Assembly (NCBI GenBank): GCA_900617105.1
Contig: UYFQ01000476.1
Span: 1 to 64,000 of the forward strand
DNA: 64,000 bases
Origin: Hydrurus foetidus
Taxonomy: Eukaryota
Reading direction: 5' to 3'
The position numbers and the translations under genes are program-made. Positions 34,524 to 49,190 of the stretch are shown here, piece after piece. Below the pieces are notes generated by a model. The model was not told where the DNA came from. It made no database searches and worked only from the letters and a program-made list of their open reading frames with translations. The first letter of the stretch is position 1; each line of letters starts with the position of its first letter.

Positions 34524-36154
34524 ATGTCGGCTACTGCATCGCCTGCGATTCTCGCGGAAATAATTGATGATTTGGATAGGAAAATCGACGCTCTTGATGA
34601 CGCCAACAATAGAAGTGAGCAGATTATCAGATATTTGATACTTTGTCAGCGAGAATCTTCTATGGAATGGACTGACAATGGAACCACACACTGCACCTCA
34701 TCGGTTTCCAACAGTATGAACTCAGCAAAAGAATCTCATGAAAGTGACTGTGGAGTTAATCTGAAGCTCGATGAAAGCTGTAAGTCGAACTCTCTGGAGG
34801 ATGTTTTATTAATGGCGAGGGAGATGAGAGAAAAAGGTGCCACAAAGAAAGCACCGTTGCAATTAGTTTCTACCACGGGTGAGAAATTACGCAAGACCAC
34901 GGACAGAGCAATCGGGTACGATCATGACGTGTCAATCAGTATAGAAACACCGTGAAAAACACCATGTCGATTGCAAGGCTCTCATAACATTACTGTTACC
35001 TACTCATCTCCAGCAACGTTGCTGGAAAACCTTCTATTACACCAATAAAGAGGCAGAGTACAGAGCCGAAGGTAAACGGAACCCACAAGATCAGCAGCCA
35101 GTCAAAGAGTCAATCAGCTACGATCCGAATAAAATCAGATAGTATAACTTCTCAACCAATTGTTGAAACCGGGAGCTATCCATCGCCAAAAGTTACAGAA
35201 GATTCTGACAGCCAGGAGATAATTAGCGTAAGACAACATCTGTTTGCCCAGCTTGAGATCCTCAAGCGTAAAAAGAGAACAGCTTTACACGGAGTCAACA
35301 AAGAACTCTACTGCACACAATCGAAATTCCTAACAAAAATAAACTCGCGGAGATCATTTCCTCGCAGTGTTGCTTACAGTGCATTGAAGCTTGAAAGAGA
35401 GAAGAATAGTGCGAAAGTTGTTGAAGAATTACAATGTGATAGTAGGGGAGAGAATTACGCTGAAGAAGACATTTCAATACAGAGGGAAATTGAGTACGAT
35501 CAACTAGAAACAGTGTTAACCCAAAATAAAGACCACTACGACAAAATGATTAAAGGAAAATTAAGTAGAATGACACTATCTAGTATGGGCAATGAGGATG
35601 TGAAAGAAATTTTTAAAATTTGGTATACAACACAGAAATACATAGAAATGTGCAGAAAATATGATGAACATAAATCAAATGATTTACATCAAAGATCAAA
35701 TAATATCGCCGATTTAGGGTCTTATAAAAAAGGACTTTATTTTGAGAAAGTAAAAGAGGATGAAGATAAATTGAGTGAGTTACGAACTAATATGATAGAC
35801 ACTTTATTGTCCGATGGAGATACACAACCAGTTGGAGTTTCTGATGACGTATTAGTTTCACGGGATTGGCTCAAAAACCGTATAAAAATTTGCCACGATT
35901 TTCATGATGAATATGACATACGTACTAGATATTTGATAGAAAAAAGTCTAGGAAGAAATGAATTGAAAAATTCTGTTAAATTGCTGAAAGAATGTTGTAA
36001 TATGAAAAGAGATGGTTATTCTCCTGACAGTCATTTTTGTGAAAGAAAATGGATTTCTGCCTTGAAATATTACAAATCTTTGTATTCTTGTTTGACTTCA
36101 AATGAACGCAACACTTCTTCTTGTATGTTCATTCCAAGTACGCACGAAAAGTAA
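34524..36154 (+). CDS. Hypothetical protein, 2 exons
   Basis: ORF 34524 spliced (intron ~34916-35013) into an open frame that runs into ORF 35384-36154. Confidence 0.65.
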
Positions 36155-37570
36155 TGAAATTGTTCCTATTTTACCATTTTTTCAATTTGAGGTGTGGATT
36201 TTTTACATTTTTTTCTGATCCGATCTGAGTTTGGGTGGGGTCTTTCGTAATTCTTTTCAAAGGAAGATGAAAAATACAAATGATTGATGTAATTTGCGTA
36301 TCTTCACGTTGCCACAGGCTCTTAACAGTGCAACGTTGAATCTCCCCCTCTTTCTCTATACAGTGTCGTTCTCCTATCAAGCCCTTGTATCGCAAAGGCG
36401 CATCTCAACGGACGTGATAAATTGCTGATCCACTGCAAACGGCAATACTGTACCGTACTATCACCAATTCACAGTACGGTACAATAGTGTGTGTGAATTG
36501 TCGTTTATAGGGATTGGGTCCAAACTAAAAGTGGATCTACAATTCAACACGTCCCTTGATCTATGACAGGATAGGATAGGGTAGGATGGCAGGACAGCAC
36601 CATTCGATGTCGCTGCTTTCACGACGACCATAATGTACTTTATTGCGGTATTTTCCACTAGAAGAAGAAGAAGTATAGCTACTTGCCTCAGCGACAAAGA
36701 AAATAAAAAAACGATTTGACTGTACCGCATCGGTACGTACTCTGTACAGACGCTGCAGTACGTACAACCATAATTATCACTTACGAAGAATGTGGCAAGT
36801 AATTGCATAAAATGACATCAGCAGTGGAAACAGTAGAATAGAATAAAATAGAAAAGAATAGAACGGAGCATTCGTGTCGTGTGGGCTCGCATCTTCCTGC
36901 TCCTCTGAACCTAATACGTACGCAGCGTTAGTGACTGATAGAACGAAGATCATATCAGGCACAGCCTAGTGACTTGTAGACTGCATACCATATAAAGCAG
37001 AGGAGACTTTCTCTTCATCCAAACAGGTCTGAGAAGTCATGATAGTGTTGCCGTACAGTACGTACAGTGCGTCAGACGTACGCACTGTACTATGGGACTC
37101 ACGACACACCTCACCACCTCCTCCTCCTCATGTCGTGATGCACACACTCATGCCCTCACTTCTCATCTCATCTCATTTCATTTTATTTCATTGCATTTCA
37201 TTTCATCTCATCTGTTCAATTCAGACGATGTTGACGGGAAAGGAGCTAGCGAATAGCCGAGTAACTCTGGCATGACATGGCAAGTGAGGAGACAGAAATA
37301 AAAGCAGTTCTGTTAAGAGCAGTCAATGACAGTCCTTAGTTCTATTTTAATAATTGCTTGGATGAGATTTATTTATACACACACAATGCAGCACCATGGA
37401 GAATGGAGAATAGAGAATAGAAGATATCTGCAGCGTTTTAAAATCAACAAAACACAATATAAGACAACAGACACAATAATCTCTCAATAAAAGAAGAAAA
37501 AGAAAAACAAACAATCTGCCTCACAAATAATAAATAAAAAAATCCTTGGACCTTAAACCTTAAATTCCAC

Positions 37571-40058
37571 TTACTTGGGTGCATTATCATCCCTTAAGGG
37601 GTGCGGATGGGGATCCCAGTTATACGCAGAGCTCTCTTCGTTGCTCTCGTTTAAATGGAATCCGTCAAGAATGAGCATACCGATTTGCAAGGGTAATATA
37701 TTCACTATGCATTCGGTACTATCCCCACACCGCAACTCACTATACAGAAAAGCATGAAAAAAAAATTCCATGAAAAAAAATATTTTGGGATGTTTTCCTC
37801 TGGTGAAAGTCACATTATAATTCAAAGTAGATTCCTTCATTTTAATTTATTTCATGCAATTTGAATATTACTATTGTGGTACCTGAGTTGAGTGACAGAT
37901 TCAATCGCGATAAAAGATGGTGAATCCTGTAAAATGCTGCAAATCAGAACAAGACAGTTAACAGAAGTATCAATCGGAAAAACAGCAAAGAAGACTTTCT
38001 GTGAGAGCGTTTTGTCACGCAAGACGATAAAGTAAAGTACAAGTAAGGTAAAAAAAATCATTTGAGATAGTATTTTGTCAAATATCAAATATCACTAATG
38101 AAATTCTTACCGTAACTCTTTGTCCTCTTGTATACCCAAAGAAAACCTTTTTGACTTTCTTGATAAATTGGTAATTCTCACGGTAACTTGGAATAACTCA
38201 TTTATTTGACATATTGTGGGACCATCGATGGCGATTAATATTTGATCACTGTAATCCCGGTCTAATATATCGTATTCCTGTTGAAGAGCATTGTCAATTT
38301 ATTATGGAATTTTAAGGTACAAGGTCCAGCAATACGATTACTATCTGATTTAATTTAACGCACTCTAAGCAGTAGATGAGAAAAAAAATAAAAAATAAAA
38401 AATATATGTTAACTAAATGCTGGATTACATAAAATGTGAAGTGCTGAAAGTGTGTCACTGCACATATAGAATGATCAAAAGCAGAAAAATGCACATTAGC
38501 TATCAGTATCATCAACACCAAAATATGCATCACCAAAATCAACATTTATCACACAATTTTGAGAAGCAATTTTTGCTCATAAAATAGTACGAACGTACTT
38601 ACCTGTTTTGAAGATGATAATTTATGTTGAAATCCGTCCGAGTGAAAAGTAGAATGTGAACTGTCCAAATTGTATACATGCACATCTTTCGAAAATGCTT
38701 GTCTGTTTAAATACTGTGTTCCAACCGACCAAGCTACTTGACTACTTGAAGATAATTGTGATGACGCAGAACTTAATTCCGCATTTAAGTCCAAGTTCTC
38801 ATCAATTTTATTCGAAATAATATTTGTTCTTTGGGGATTATTTATATTTTTGCATAAATCAAAATAACGAATTCCTAATGGAGTTAAGAAATTTCCAATC
38901 AGCAAATTACTAGTGTCTTTAACGGTCACTTTGTATGTCGAACTCAACGAACATCCTGGTTTAATTCTCATGAATACGTTATTTTCATTAATATCGGTAT
39001 TTTTATTTCCTGAATTTAGTCCGTCATTAGTAGGCATTATTTCTGTGACATGAAAATATCTGTCGCCCCGTATTATTTTCAAATATTCTTCCACATTTCC
39101 TTCGTCTGTTGAAGTCACGGAATGTTCTTCCTCGTAAATATTATTTTCTGATGCTTTCTGAGAATATTTGCTGTCAGTTACATAATCTTCAAATATTGGA
39201 AGTAATTGACTATTTTTTTCTTTTAGATCTCTTTTTCCTATTTTTAAAGAATCGCCATCAAAATCTCTCACAGTCGAATTCATGCTTAAATTAACACTAA
39301 GAAGCTGTAAATCATTTTTAGGATGTTTATTTGATATCGTGATATGTATTAGAGTAGTTTCCGATCCGCTTTCTTCACTTTTCACGGATATTTCTAAGGG
39401 CTCTATAAAACTTAAAGATACTTTTCCTTTTCTGGGAGTAACCCTTTGGGGTTTATATTTCGGATTCTCAATTGCATTTTTGATATCCTTCTCATCTTCA
39501 TCAACCTAATAGATAATACAATGATAATCAATCTCTCGTCTCTATACAACAAGACATTAGATTCATCAAGTACACACTACACAGCACATTATTCCATTTT
39601 ACCTGTGAGCTGTGAGATTTTATAGAAGCCAGTTTTGAAGAAGAAAATTCTAACGTCAAGGAAAGAGTGAGACTTTTGTGAAGATGCATCGGAGATACTT
39701 TGAATCTCGATGAAGCAGTTATCACTAAATCGTCTCCATCGCGATATGTTTTGAGATTATCGCTGCCATCGTATTTGATTCCTTCAGATTCTACTGACTT
39801 CGATAGCAGAATTCCCTTTCTCTCATGAACAAGTTGATAAGTCAATATCAAATGCTTCAAATTTTTGTTGAACGAATCATAAAATTCACAGTTTCTGATA
39901 AGGTCAGTCGATGGGCTAATTCTGAAACCGAAAGTGAGCAACTTCCCATTCGAAAACGACGGGCAAATATCATCCGCAGGTAATGAGTTGTCAATAAATG
40001 GTGTCATGGTGCATGTCTGAAAGGACCCCAAACCCCATGTCAGTGGACTAGCATTCAT
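37571..40058 (-). CDS. Multi-exon protein, possibly a TRAPP complex subunit (Trs65/TRAPPC13/14-like Ig-fold C-terminus)
   Basis: ORFs 39528-40088, 38549-39385 and 37571-37840 plus small exons (IAIDGPTIVKINELFQVTVRITN; ELRCGDSTECIVNILPLQIGMLILDGF). The family call is tentative. Confidence 0.5.
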
Positions 40059-40584
40059 ATTGAAGGTTTGATTTTTGAATATGGACAAGCCGACCCGCTG
40101 TATTTCCGAAGTGCATACAGCACGGGCAATTCACGTCAGCAAGAGTACTGCTGCTGTAGGTCTATAATATGTAGTCCCTGATGCTTTCCACCCGACAGAA
40201 TTTCCTCGCTGAGAGTCACGGAGTAAAAGCGATGCCTTTGTCAGATGCCATTTACAGAGACATCTTTACTTGATTGTTTTGAAATCAGATACACTTTATG
40301 ATACAGCTCGCAGCTCGGGAAGTGTAATTAGGTGGTCTACTCCTGTTTCAAGAGCTCGAATATTTGTTGGAGCATACGGGTACACGTTGTACGGTTCTGC
40401 GCTGTACATTGTGTACGGGACGAAACGAAGTCGAAGTTGCGTTGTTCAGAGTTGTTGTAAAGGAGTTACGAACATCAATATCAATATTACAATTTAGCAG
40501 CTTTCGAGGTCCAAGAGTTTTACCGCTCTTCCTTTGGTGCAGTAGGGGCGTTCATTTGGGTACGAGCCGATAAGTCAACGTATC

Positions 40585-41728
40585 ATGGATTTCATGTTCG
40601 GGATGGGCGGCAGAGGAGGGATGGCTATGGGTGGCAATAGACGATTCGAAACACAGTACTCATGTTTCTCGGCAGCAATGGCCGGGCGGACGGGTATAGA
40701 CGAAGGAGATAAGATACTACTACCACCTTCAGCTCTAGATGTCTTAGCCCGGATGAATGTCGAATACCCGATGCTTTTCGAGCTAACGAATGTTGCTCTG
40801 AACAAGAAAACGCACTGTGGTGTTCTGGAGTTTTCCGCAGAGGAAGGACGATGCTACATGCCCTTCTGGATGATGCAAAATATGTTGGTTAGTATTTAAT
40901 GTCCTGGCTATCCTGCACATGCATTTCATGTTTTTCTTGGAAACCATTGAACGACAACCTTGATTTTGGAATTCTCATGGGATGTTCATGCATATGTCAC
41001 AGATGGAAGAAGGGCAGTTGATAAGTGTGAAGAACGTCTCTTTGAGTAAAGCAACTTTCGTTAAATTCAGGGCCCAGAACGTTGATTTTCTTGAGATATC
41101 AAATCATCGAGCAGTTCTTGAAGTCACGCTTAGGAAATTCACATGTCTCAGTGAGGGAGATCAAATCTGTCTATCCCACTCAGGAAAACTTTATTATCTC
41201 GATGTTCGTGAGGTGAGACCTAATGGGGCGGCATCTATTATAGAAACAGATTGTGATGTGGATTTTGAGGAGCCTGTGGGTTATCAGGACTCTCACTACG
41301 CTCAATATGAGAAAGATGCGGCTAAAAAAAATGAGCAGAAAGCAGCGCCTGTTGAGATTGCGAGAACGTTACAAAAAGCGAGAGAGGTAACTGCAGAAGA
41401 AGTTGCCGCTGAAAAAGCAGCATTCAAGCCATTTGCTGGCGGGGCCAAGAGAATTGACGGGAGGAAAATTGCTGGTTCAGGAGATGTGAAGAATAAAGAC
41501 ACGAACACGAATACAAGCAGTAAAAGCAGTTCCTCTGCAACGGCAACGGCATCAGCAACATCCTCATCTATCAGTGGAAAAAGCGACACCTCAACTACCT
41601 CTACTGTTTCCTCTGCCCCTTCCTATCAATCTAGAATCGGTGATAAATTCAGTAAAAAGAAATCCGCTTTGACCGCTTTTACGGATCCAGGACAGAAATT
41701 CGCTGGAGCCGCTAATAAATTGAATTAG
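40585..41728 (+). CDS. UFD1: Ubiquitin fusion degradation protein 1
   Basis: GDKILLPPSALDVLARMNVEYPMLF, THCGVLEFSAEEG, ASIIETDCDVDFEEPVGY and SHP-like FAGGAKRIDG; intron 40888-41002. Confidence 0.96.
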
Positions 41729-42233
41729 TTCTAATATACACTGCTCCATGGATTTAGGTGTAGGTTTCATTAAGCTCTTGCATGACTGGGACAATAATTC
41801 ATGTCAGTCAAATTTCTACGAAGGACGAAAGGTACATTTCATATTGTAATTTAATCTGCCACATACGAACTGTTCCTCTAGACGTGTACCAAAATCACAC
41901 TTTTCATAATTATCGAAAATTTGTCATCGTGAAGATGACAAAGCTGTAGATAAAATAACCGAAGTACGAAAAAAAAGAGTTTATACAATACATTGTTAGG
42001 TACATTTTGTGTGAAATAATTAATTGGATGTGATATTATCCAATGAGAAGTGTGACCTTGGAGCTGAACAGGTTCGGTCGAGAAAAAGTAAGATTTAAAA
42101 TCATGTAAGAGATCGTTTCAGATGCTATGTGAGTCTGCAATGCAAATTAAGGAGCACTGAGGAGACATTGAAGTTGAACTGAAGGCAGCATAGGAATAGG
42201 GTGTGTGTGGAGGTCGGGTTGGCCCGGTCCGGT

Positions 42234-45200
42234 TTATGTCGTGTCGTAGCCCCCGGCTAATTCATCATCTCCATCAACTATCTCATCTAACATGCCATCT
42301 TCCTCTCCCTCCTCTCTTTCCCTGTCCCTCCCTCCCTCTTCATCTCCTTGCATTGCGACTGCTACATCCCTATCGGAACGATTTGCTATTACTAACGAGC
42401 TGTCCGGCCGCCATCTACCGCCACTTCTTGACCGTGACCGGGATGCATTGCTCCGGTAAAATGGGGCCACTAATAGGCCCCCTACAGCTGCAGCAGAGTC
42501 GCCAGTAGCGAGCAAATCAGGTGACTGCGCAGCGACGACTCTGGCCGGACTGGTCGGTACAATTGGCCGGGGTAGACGTAAAAAAAGATTTCTTTCCTCT
42601 AACGGGTTAACGGGAACGTTTGAAAATTTTACCGCGTTACCCGTGACGGATTTAGCCGGACCCGTTGAGTTGGAACTGCTACCCCCGCTAACGTCTCCAC
42701 TAGACAGTGACGTGTACGTCACTTGTTGTGAAGGGAAAAGATTTATGTTTCCGTTATTGCAAGGAGGTGATTCTGATCTTGTGGACTCGTAGGCGAAGGA
42801 AAAAGAATTCTTTCCGCTGATATTCATCGCATCAGAAGTGACACTTGCTGTGCGTCCTACTCGCATTGAATTGTATTTGTCCACTGAACTATACCCTTCT
42901 AGCTCATCCTCGTCGTCATTGCTTTCTGGTGTGCCATTCATGCTATCATCCAGTGAGAATTCTTGGAATTTAGCGGGTCTTAGTTCCTCACTGCAATTCC
43001 TCCTTCTGCTCGGATCTGACAAGCAGAATGCAAACAAATTGTTCGTACGTTACAAATCAATTGTTATACGCACTATATATACACATATTGTAGAAAATAC
43101 CTTCTTCATTTAATACAATTTATTCAATACTATGGGTAATACTGATATTAATACAGCAATTTAATGTAAATAAAGTGAGTCATTACTCACCGTTTCTCTC
43201 CCTTGACTGATCGGACGGCATCGAATCTATGACTACGTATTCTACTGGACTAGACCGCCCTTCTCCAAGGTCCACAACAGCCTATCAATAAAGCAATATT
43301 AAATGGTTATTGATATGGTGTGGTGTGGTGGTGCGTGGTGATGCGCGAGTGCAGGGTGTCGACTTCAAGGATGCGTCAGTCTTAATTTAGGAAGAAAAGG
43401 ACGTTTTTCTAGACAAGGAAGAAAGAATGACGAAGTGAAGGTGCGAATGAGAAAAGTAGAAAAAAGAAAGGAAGAAAGAAAAACAGAGAGAAAGAAAGAA
43501 AAAAGGAGTAAGGAGGGAAAATAGTAAGGGAGAAGGCAGGTAACAACCCTTCTAAAAGAAAGAGAAAGAAAGAATCAGCAACCTTGAACATTCCGTTTGT
43601 CAAAGGAGGTTTGTCAGCTTCTTGGTTGTCGTCTATTTGACCAGCAGCTGTGCACCTTGGACCCAGTCCCGGTGCTGGTCCCCCCCCGCTACTGGGGGTA
43701 CTAGAACCCGACCCCTTCCGACCCCCAGGAGCGGGTAGGATGGCCCTTATCGGGCCGACCGGGACCCCTACCCCTGATCCCGGAGGGGAACTTTCTGAAC
43801 CGCTAAAATGTCTAAAATTATTCGGAGGGGACTTCTTCCCCATACTGTCTCCTGAGGATGACACCCCCGTGGGTGTGGAACTAAAATCGTACAGACGTAC
43901 GGACTTTTCACTTTCTATGGGGGATGGTCCGGGCCCTGCTGCGGTAGACTTATCAGAACCACTTGGCCACGATTTAAGTGCCTTAGGAAGTACGTCATTT
44001 GACCAAGTTTTTCCCTTCTGTTCTTCCCCTGCCCCTGTTGCGTCACTTTGCTTGTACACTCTTATAGGATCGCTAGATACTCTACTAGGGATCTTTGGTT
44101 TTACCGTGAGATATTGGTCGATAACCGGATTACGATTGCCAAAATAAATACCCGCAACGCCCGTGTTTTTACTACCGGAACTATCCCTGTTCTTTCCGGT
44201 AAAAGATGCTAATGCAGCCGATAAACTCCCTCCCTGTGTGCCTGCCGCATTCTCTGAAGGTGTGGGCTGGAATATAGAAGGACCAGTACGCATGTTGCCC
44301 TTCACTGCTGTAACTGCAACAGCGGTGGGTGGTGTGAGTCCCATTGTATCCGCTGACGCACTACTAGCTGAAGCAGAAAGCCCAATCGCACTTGATGTTG
44401 AAGTTGAAGTTGAAACGCCGCTTTTCCCTTTATTGGCTGCCTTTGCTCTTGAATATATTTTACTGAGTGACGTCATCACTCGATGGAATCCGGGTCTAGA
44501 GTCCATAAAAATCATGTGAAATATAAGAATTCAGAATGATACAATGCAATACAATACAATGCAATATAATACAATGCAATTGAAGTTCACATTCGCCCTT
44601 TTCAAGAAGTCTAAATGATAAGCAAAATTAAAAGCTACATTCGTCTCAGTGTAATATAACTAAAAAAATCACGCAATAGAAACTGATAATACTTAATAAT
44701 TAATTACCTTTGACTAGCATCCTGCTGCCAGCACTCAGTCATAATGGATGCCCAGGGACAATCTCTAGGGACCCTGGGTCGAAGCCCCTCATTGGCCACC
44801 TTGGCGATTATCTGTGCTGCGCTCAATCCTTCGTACACCTCATGTCTGAGTTGAAGTTGAAGTTGGAGATGAGAACAAAGAGGAGGAGAGAAGAAAAAGA
44901 AGGTTAAGAAAATCAAGAAGAAAAAAAGTGTGGAGAATGAAAAAAGATGGTGACGGAGAGGAAAGACAGGCAGGTCACGAGAAGATGGTCTGGCCCTTGA
45001 AAGAGAGAAGAGATGTGATGTGGAAATAATCTACACAGTCGCTATACCCTTGTGAGCGTCCATCCCGACATAACATCACATACCTTGTGAACACTTCCCA
45101 GAGCACTATCCCGAATGCATATACGTCACTGTCCTTCGAGGCGTGTGCGTAGTTTATCACCTCAGGGGCGAGCCAGCAAGCGGTACCCACTCCTTGGGTC

Positions 45201-48200
45201 ATGCTTTTGGCTCCTGTAAGTGTTGAGTTGTGTATGTGTGTATGAGGGGTGGAGCTAGACCGTACAGTTTGGTGTGACATGACGTAATGTAGCGTAATAT
45301 ATATGATGTTCATAAAGTAGTTTAGGTTATGACTTCATCCCATCCGGAGTCACTAGGGACAGGCTGTCAGAGGGGTGTAGCGGATAGGATGGTAGAGAGG
45401 GAGAAAAGAAGGTGTTTGTGAAGTGTAGGTGTCATGTATTAGTATGTGGTGGCGGTGATGGATTATGGTAATACACATCATCTTCAGTTATTCATCACTT
45501 GCATCGCACGAAACGTCCATATCAAGGGCAAGAAAGGTGAAGATGTGGAACACATTATGAAAGAAAGGCATCAAAGCTACCATAACAAACGATAATGAAC
45601 AGAACAATCAAAACACACCCAAACGCACCTGTCAGAGCCACAGCTCGTGCAGACCCCCAGTCCCCAATCTTAGCGACAAAATGACCGGGAGAAGGCTCGG
45701 TGATAAATATATTGTGACTTTTAATATCTCTATGAATGATAGGAGGGGACCGGGTGTGTAAGTACAACATCCCGTCTGCTACATCTAGACATATCGATAC
45801 TTTTTTCAGGAATGGGAGGTCTAGGGTCTTGTCGTTTAAGAGCATTCGCAAAGATCCTCTACTGCAGAACTCGCTCACTATCCAAATGGCCTGCATTGTG
45901 AGGGAGCAGCCATACAGCTGGAGGATCTTGGGATGACGTAGGCATGCCATCACGCCTGCTTCGCCTACTATTTCCTCGATGATGTTGTTGCGCTCTAATG
46001 ATCCGCCTGTGGATGAGATGTTAGTGAACACGGACAGGCGGACACATGTAAGTACAGATCGATAGACAGAGGGGTTGAAAATTAAGTACGTATGTCTACT
46101 ACAAAGGACAGATGGTAAGACTGAGAACATCTGACGGAATCAAAGTGAACCAATTCAATCAAGGAGCATAAAGCCAAGCGTAATTCAAACTGACACAAAC
46201 TGAAGTTGAAGTTACAATATCAATGACGCACCTACGATAGCAGCCTGGGCGAATACAAATTCTTTAACAGCCACGGAATTGTTCCGCCACTGCCCGTTCC
46301 AAACCCTTCCGAAAGAACCCTCCCCAATTATTTTAGACAACACAATTTCCTTAGGATTAATGATTAAAAGTGACTCGTGAGTGGGTAAGTGTCGTGCTTT
46401 CATTGCCCTTTCGAAACACTCTCTGAAATCCACGCTGTAATTCGCGCCACCTGATAGGGTTTTCAAAGGTATGCCCATCATTAGTTCTCCATTACTATCG
46501 TCACTGTCCACTTTTGTGTATCCCTGTGAGTTGCAACAGATGGCAAATACCACTCCTAGAAACACTCCAATCATGACGCACGAGAGAAGAATGAGAAGGG
46601 TGTAATCCTTCTGATGAAAGGAGTTGGGAGGAGGGGTAGGGATAGGAACGTCTTCAAAGGGGAGGTTTACTTGTGCTATTGCTGTGATGAATCCTTGTAC
46701 ACTGTGTTTCGATGGGAGTGCAACCGTATAAGGACCGGATAACGGATCATCATACCACAGAGCTATAGCCGGATAATTATTAAACGCCCCCACCAAAAAT
46801 AAACACCCCTCAAACGACTCCGATCCCCCGGCCATACGCAGAACCGGCCCGTTACCCCCCGAATATCCAGGTAACCAGGACCAGCGTGGTGACCAGGGTA
46901 TTTGTATAGGGGCTGCCGTAGGGGTGAGTAGAGAACTGTTGGAGCTCGAGTTGTTGGAAGCGTTAGAGAGGAGGGAGTAGGAGGGAGAGTGGGTAGGGGA
47001 GTGGGTGGTGTAGTCAAGATTTACTTTTTGTGTTTTTGCTGATAGTTTTCTTCGTTCATGTCTTAGTCTTCTGCGCTCTGCAGAGTGGCTAACGTTACGT
47101 ACTCGTAAGTACTGAGGCAATTTCCACTCTCCTGTCGACTCTGAAGCGTGTAAAAGTTTCAATAGTTCTCCTATACTCGTAGCAGTATTGTGTGCATCGC
47201 TTTGCAAATCATCTAAAGAATGACGTATGTGTGATTTTTTCCTGGAAGAAATGTGACTTTTCCTGTGAGAGTGAGAATCGAGTGTTTTTCTTTTTCTCCT
47301 CATGAACTCATCGAATATGTTTCGATGGTTATCTGGATCGGCACTGCCACTGTTACCACTACTACTATTATTGTTATTGTTGCTTGGGGAGGTGTTTAGA
47401 GGGGTAGGAGGTCCTGTCGGATATGCAGTGCTACTGCTGCTGTTGTTTTGATTTCCACCACTAGAGTTACCGGAACCTGTAAAAAAAGAAATTAAAATGA
47501 GTGATTCATTCAGTAGGAAGAAATACATCGATCATCATGTGAAGGAACGTTCTTTTTATTTCATGGATGTGAAGGAACATTCTTTTCATTTCATGGAAGC
47601 ATGTGATTATCATCATAACAGTTGTGTGTAATACAGAGCACATTGTAAATTTAGCGTCCGAACTGTAAAGGTAAAATAGCATAGTCAAAGCAATTTTAAA
47701 ACAGAAAAATAACTGTAAATCATGGGATAAATAACAGCACTTCTACACAACACATCAGATAAATGACAAGTGACATACAAATACGTCACATTACCATTAC
47801 TGCCGGACCCTCCACTTTGATTCTCCTGGATGAATCCCCCTATATCCAAGACAGCAATAGCATAAGGTGACCCCCACGTACGCCCAGACCAATCAGAATC
47901 TGCTGCTGCCCAACCTGATATTAGATGGTGAATCAGATCATTTGAGGTAGATTCTTAATCTTTGATTGCATTTCTGTTAATAGGTTGTAAATTTCTATAA
48001 AACTTTGGAAGAATTATTTCGAACAATTGAATCGCTAAGTCGGCATCTGAACTTCATTATAAGTGTCATGGCAGTATCAGAAGCCAATAAAGAAATTAGT
48101 AATGAAAGGAAACTAAAAAGGAGAAAACTAGATAACATTATTCCGCATACCTGTAACGTACACCTTATCGTTGTGTACGAGCATGGAGGTCACAGTGGAA

Positions 48201-48507
48201 AATGCTTTTGAACTTTGGTACAGACAAATCCACTCATTCGTTCTCCTACCAATTTATTAGGACCAGAAATACATTTAATTAGATGCATGGTAAAATTAAA
48301 AAGCGACAAATTTTGGGAATGATTTTCGCTGTCATAATAAAAGTCAACTATACGGCAAAAAATTGAAATATTTCACATTCATTTTGAAATATTGATACTC
48401 TAACGACACAAAAACGCTACTCAGTTAAAATGATCATCAAGAGAGAAATCGAAGGCAAATTGACTGAATGGTGATGGGAAGGAATGATCAGCGGAAAGAA
48501 GAAAGAA

Positions 48508-48559
<52 letters not shown>

Positions 48560-49127
48560 GTGGGATAAAAATACTGTAGGACAGAAGGAAGGAAAGTTGG
48601 GAAGAATGTGACGTCAGTGACATTAGTGACGTACTTGATCCAAACTGCGATGTTCTGACAGGGCAAATCGTCCACCATGTGGAACAAACCAGCCACGAAT
48701 AAAGCCTGTGTATGTGAGTATATTGTACGTTGTAGAAGTAGAGAATTGCGTCAGAACGAATCGACTTTGAGATTGAGTTTAAGGCGAGGCATGCAAGCGG
48801 GTGGGGTATTTAATCAATTCTAATAAAGAAATAAATAGTAGCAAAAAATATGAGACGAATTACATAAAAGTTAACAGTAACAAAATATAAATGAAAAAAT
48901 ATGAATGTGTAGAACAGAATGGTAGCAGAATATAAACGAAAAAAATAGTATGGTATAGAATAGTGACAGAAGAGAACAACATGAAATAGAACAGAAGAGA
49001 GCAGTGCATTACATTGGAGGTGGACTCGTATGCGATTCTCAGAGCTACCCCGCTGACCCCTAGTGCGTCACGGAACAATCCGCCTCCTGGAAACGGCTGA
49101 AGACCTGGGAGAGAGCATGAGAGCATG

Positions 49128-49190
<63 letters not shown>

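Noticed and set aside
40110..40240. In-frame TGA upstream of the TRAPP-like ORF as a possible selenocysteine or readthrough codon
   Set aside because: No upstream in-frame ATG and no homology support; probably 5' UTR
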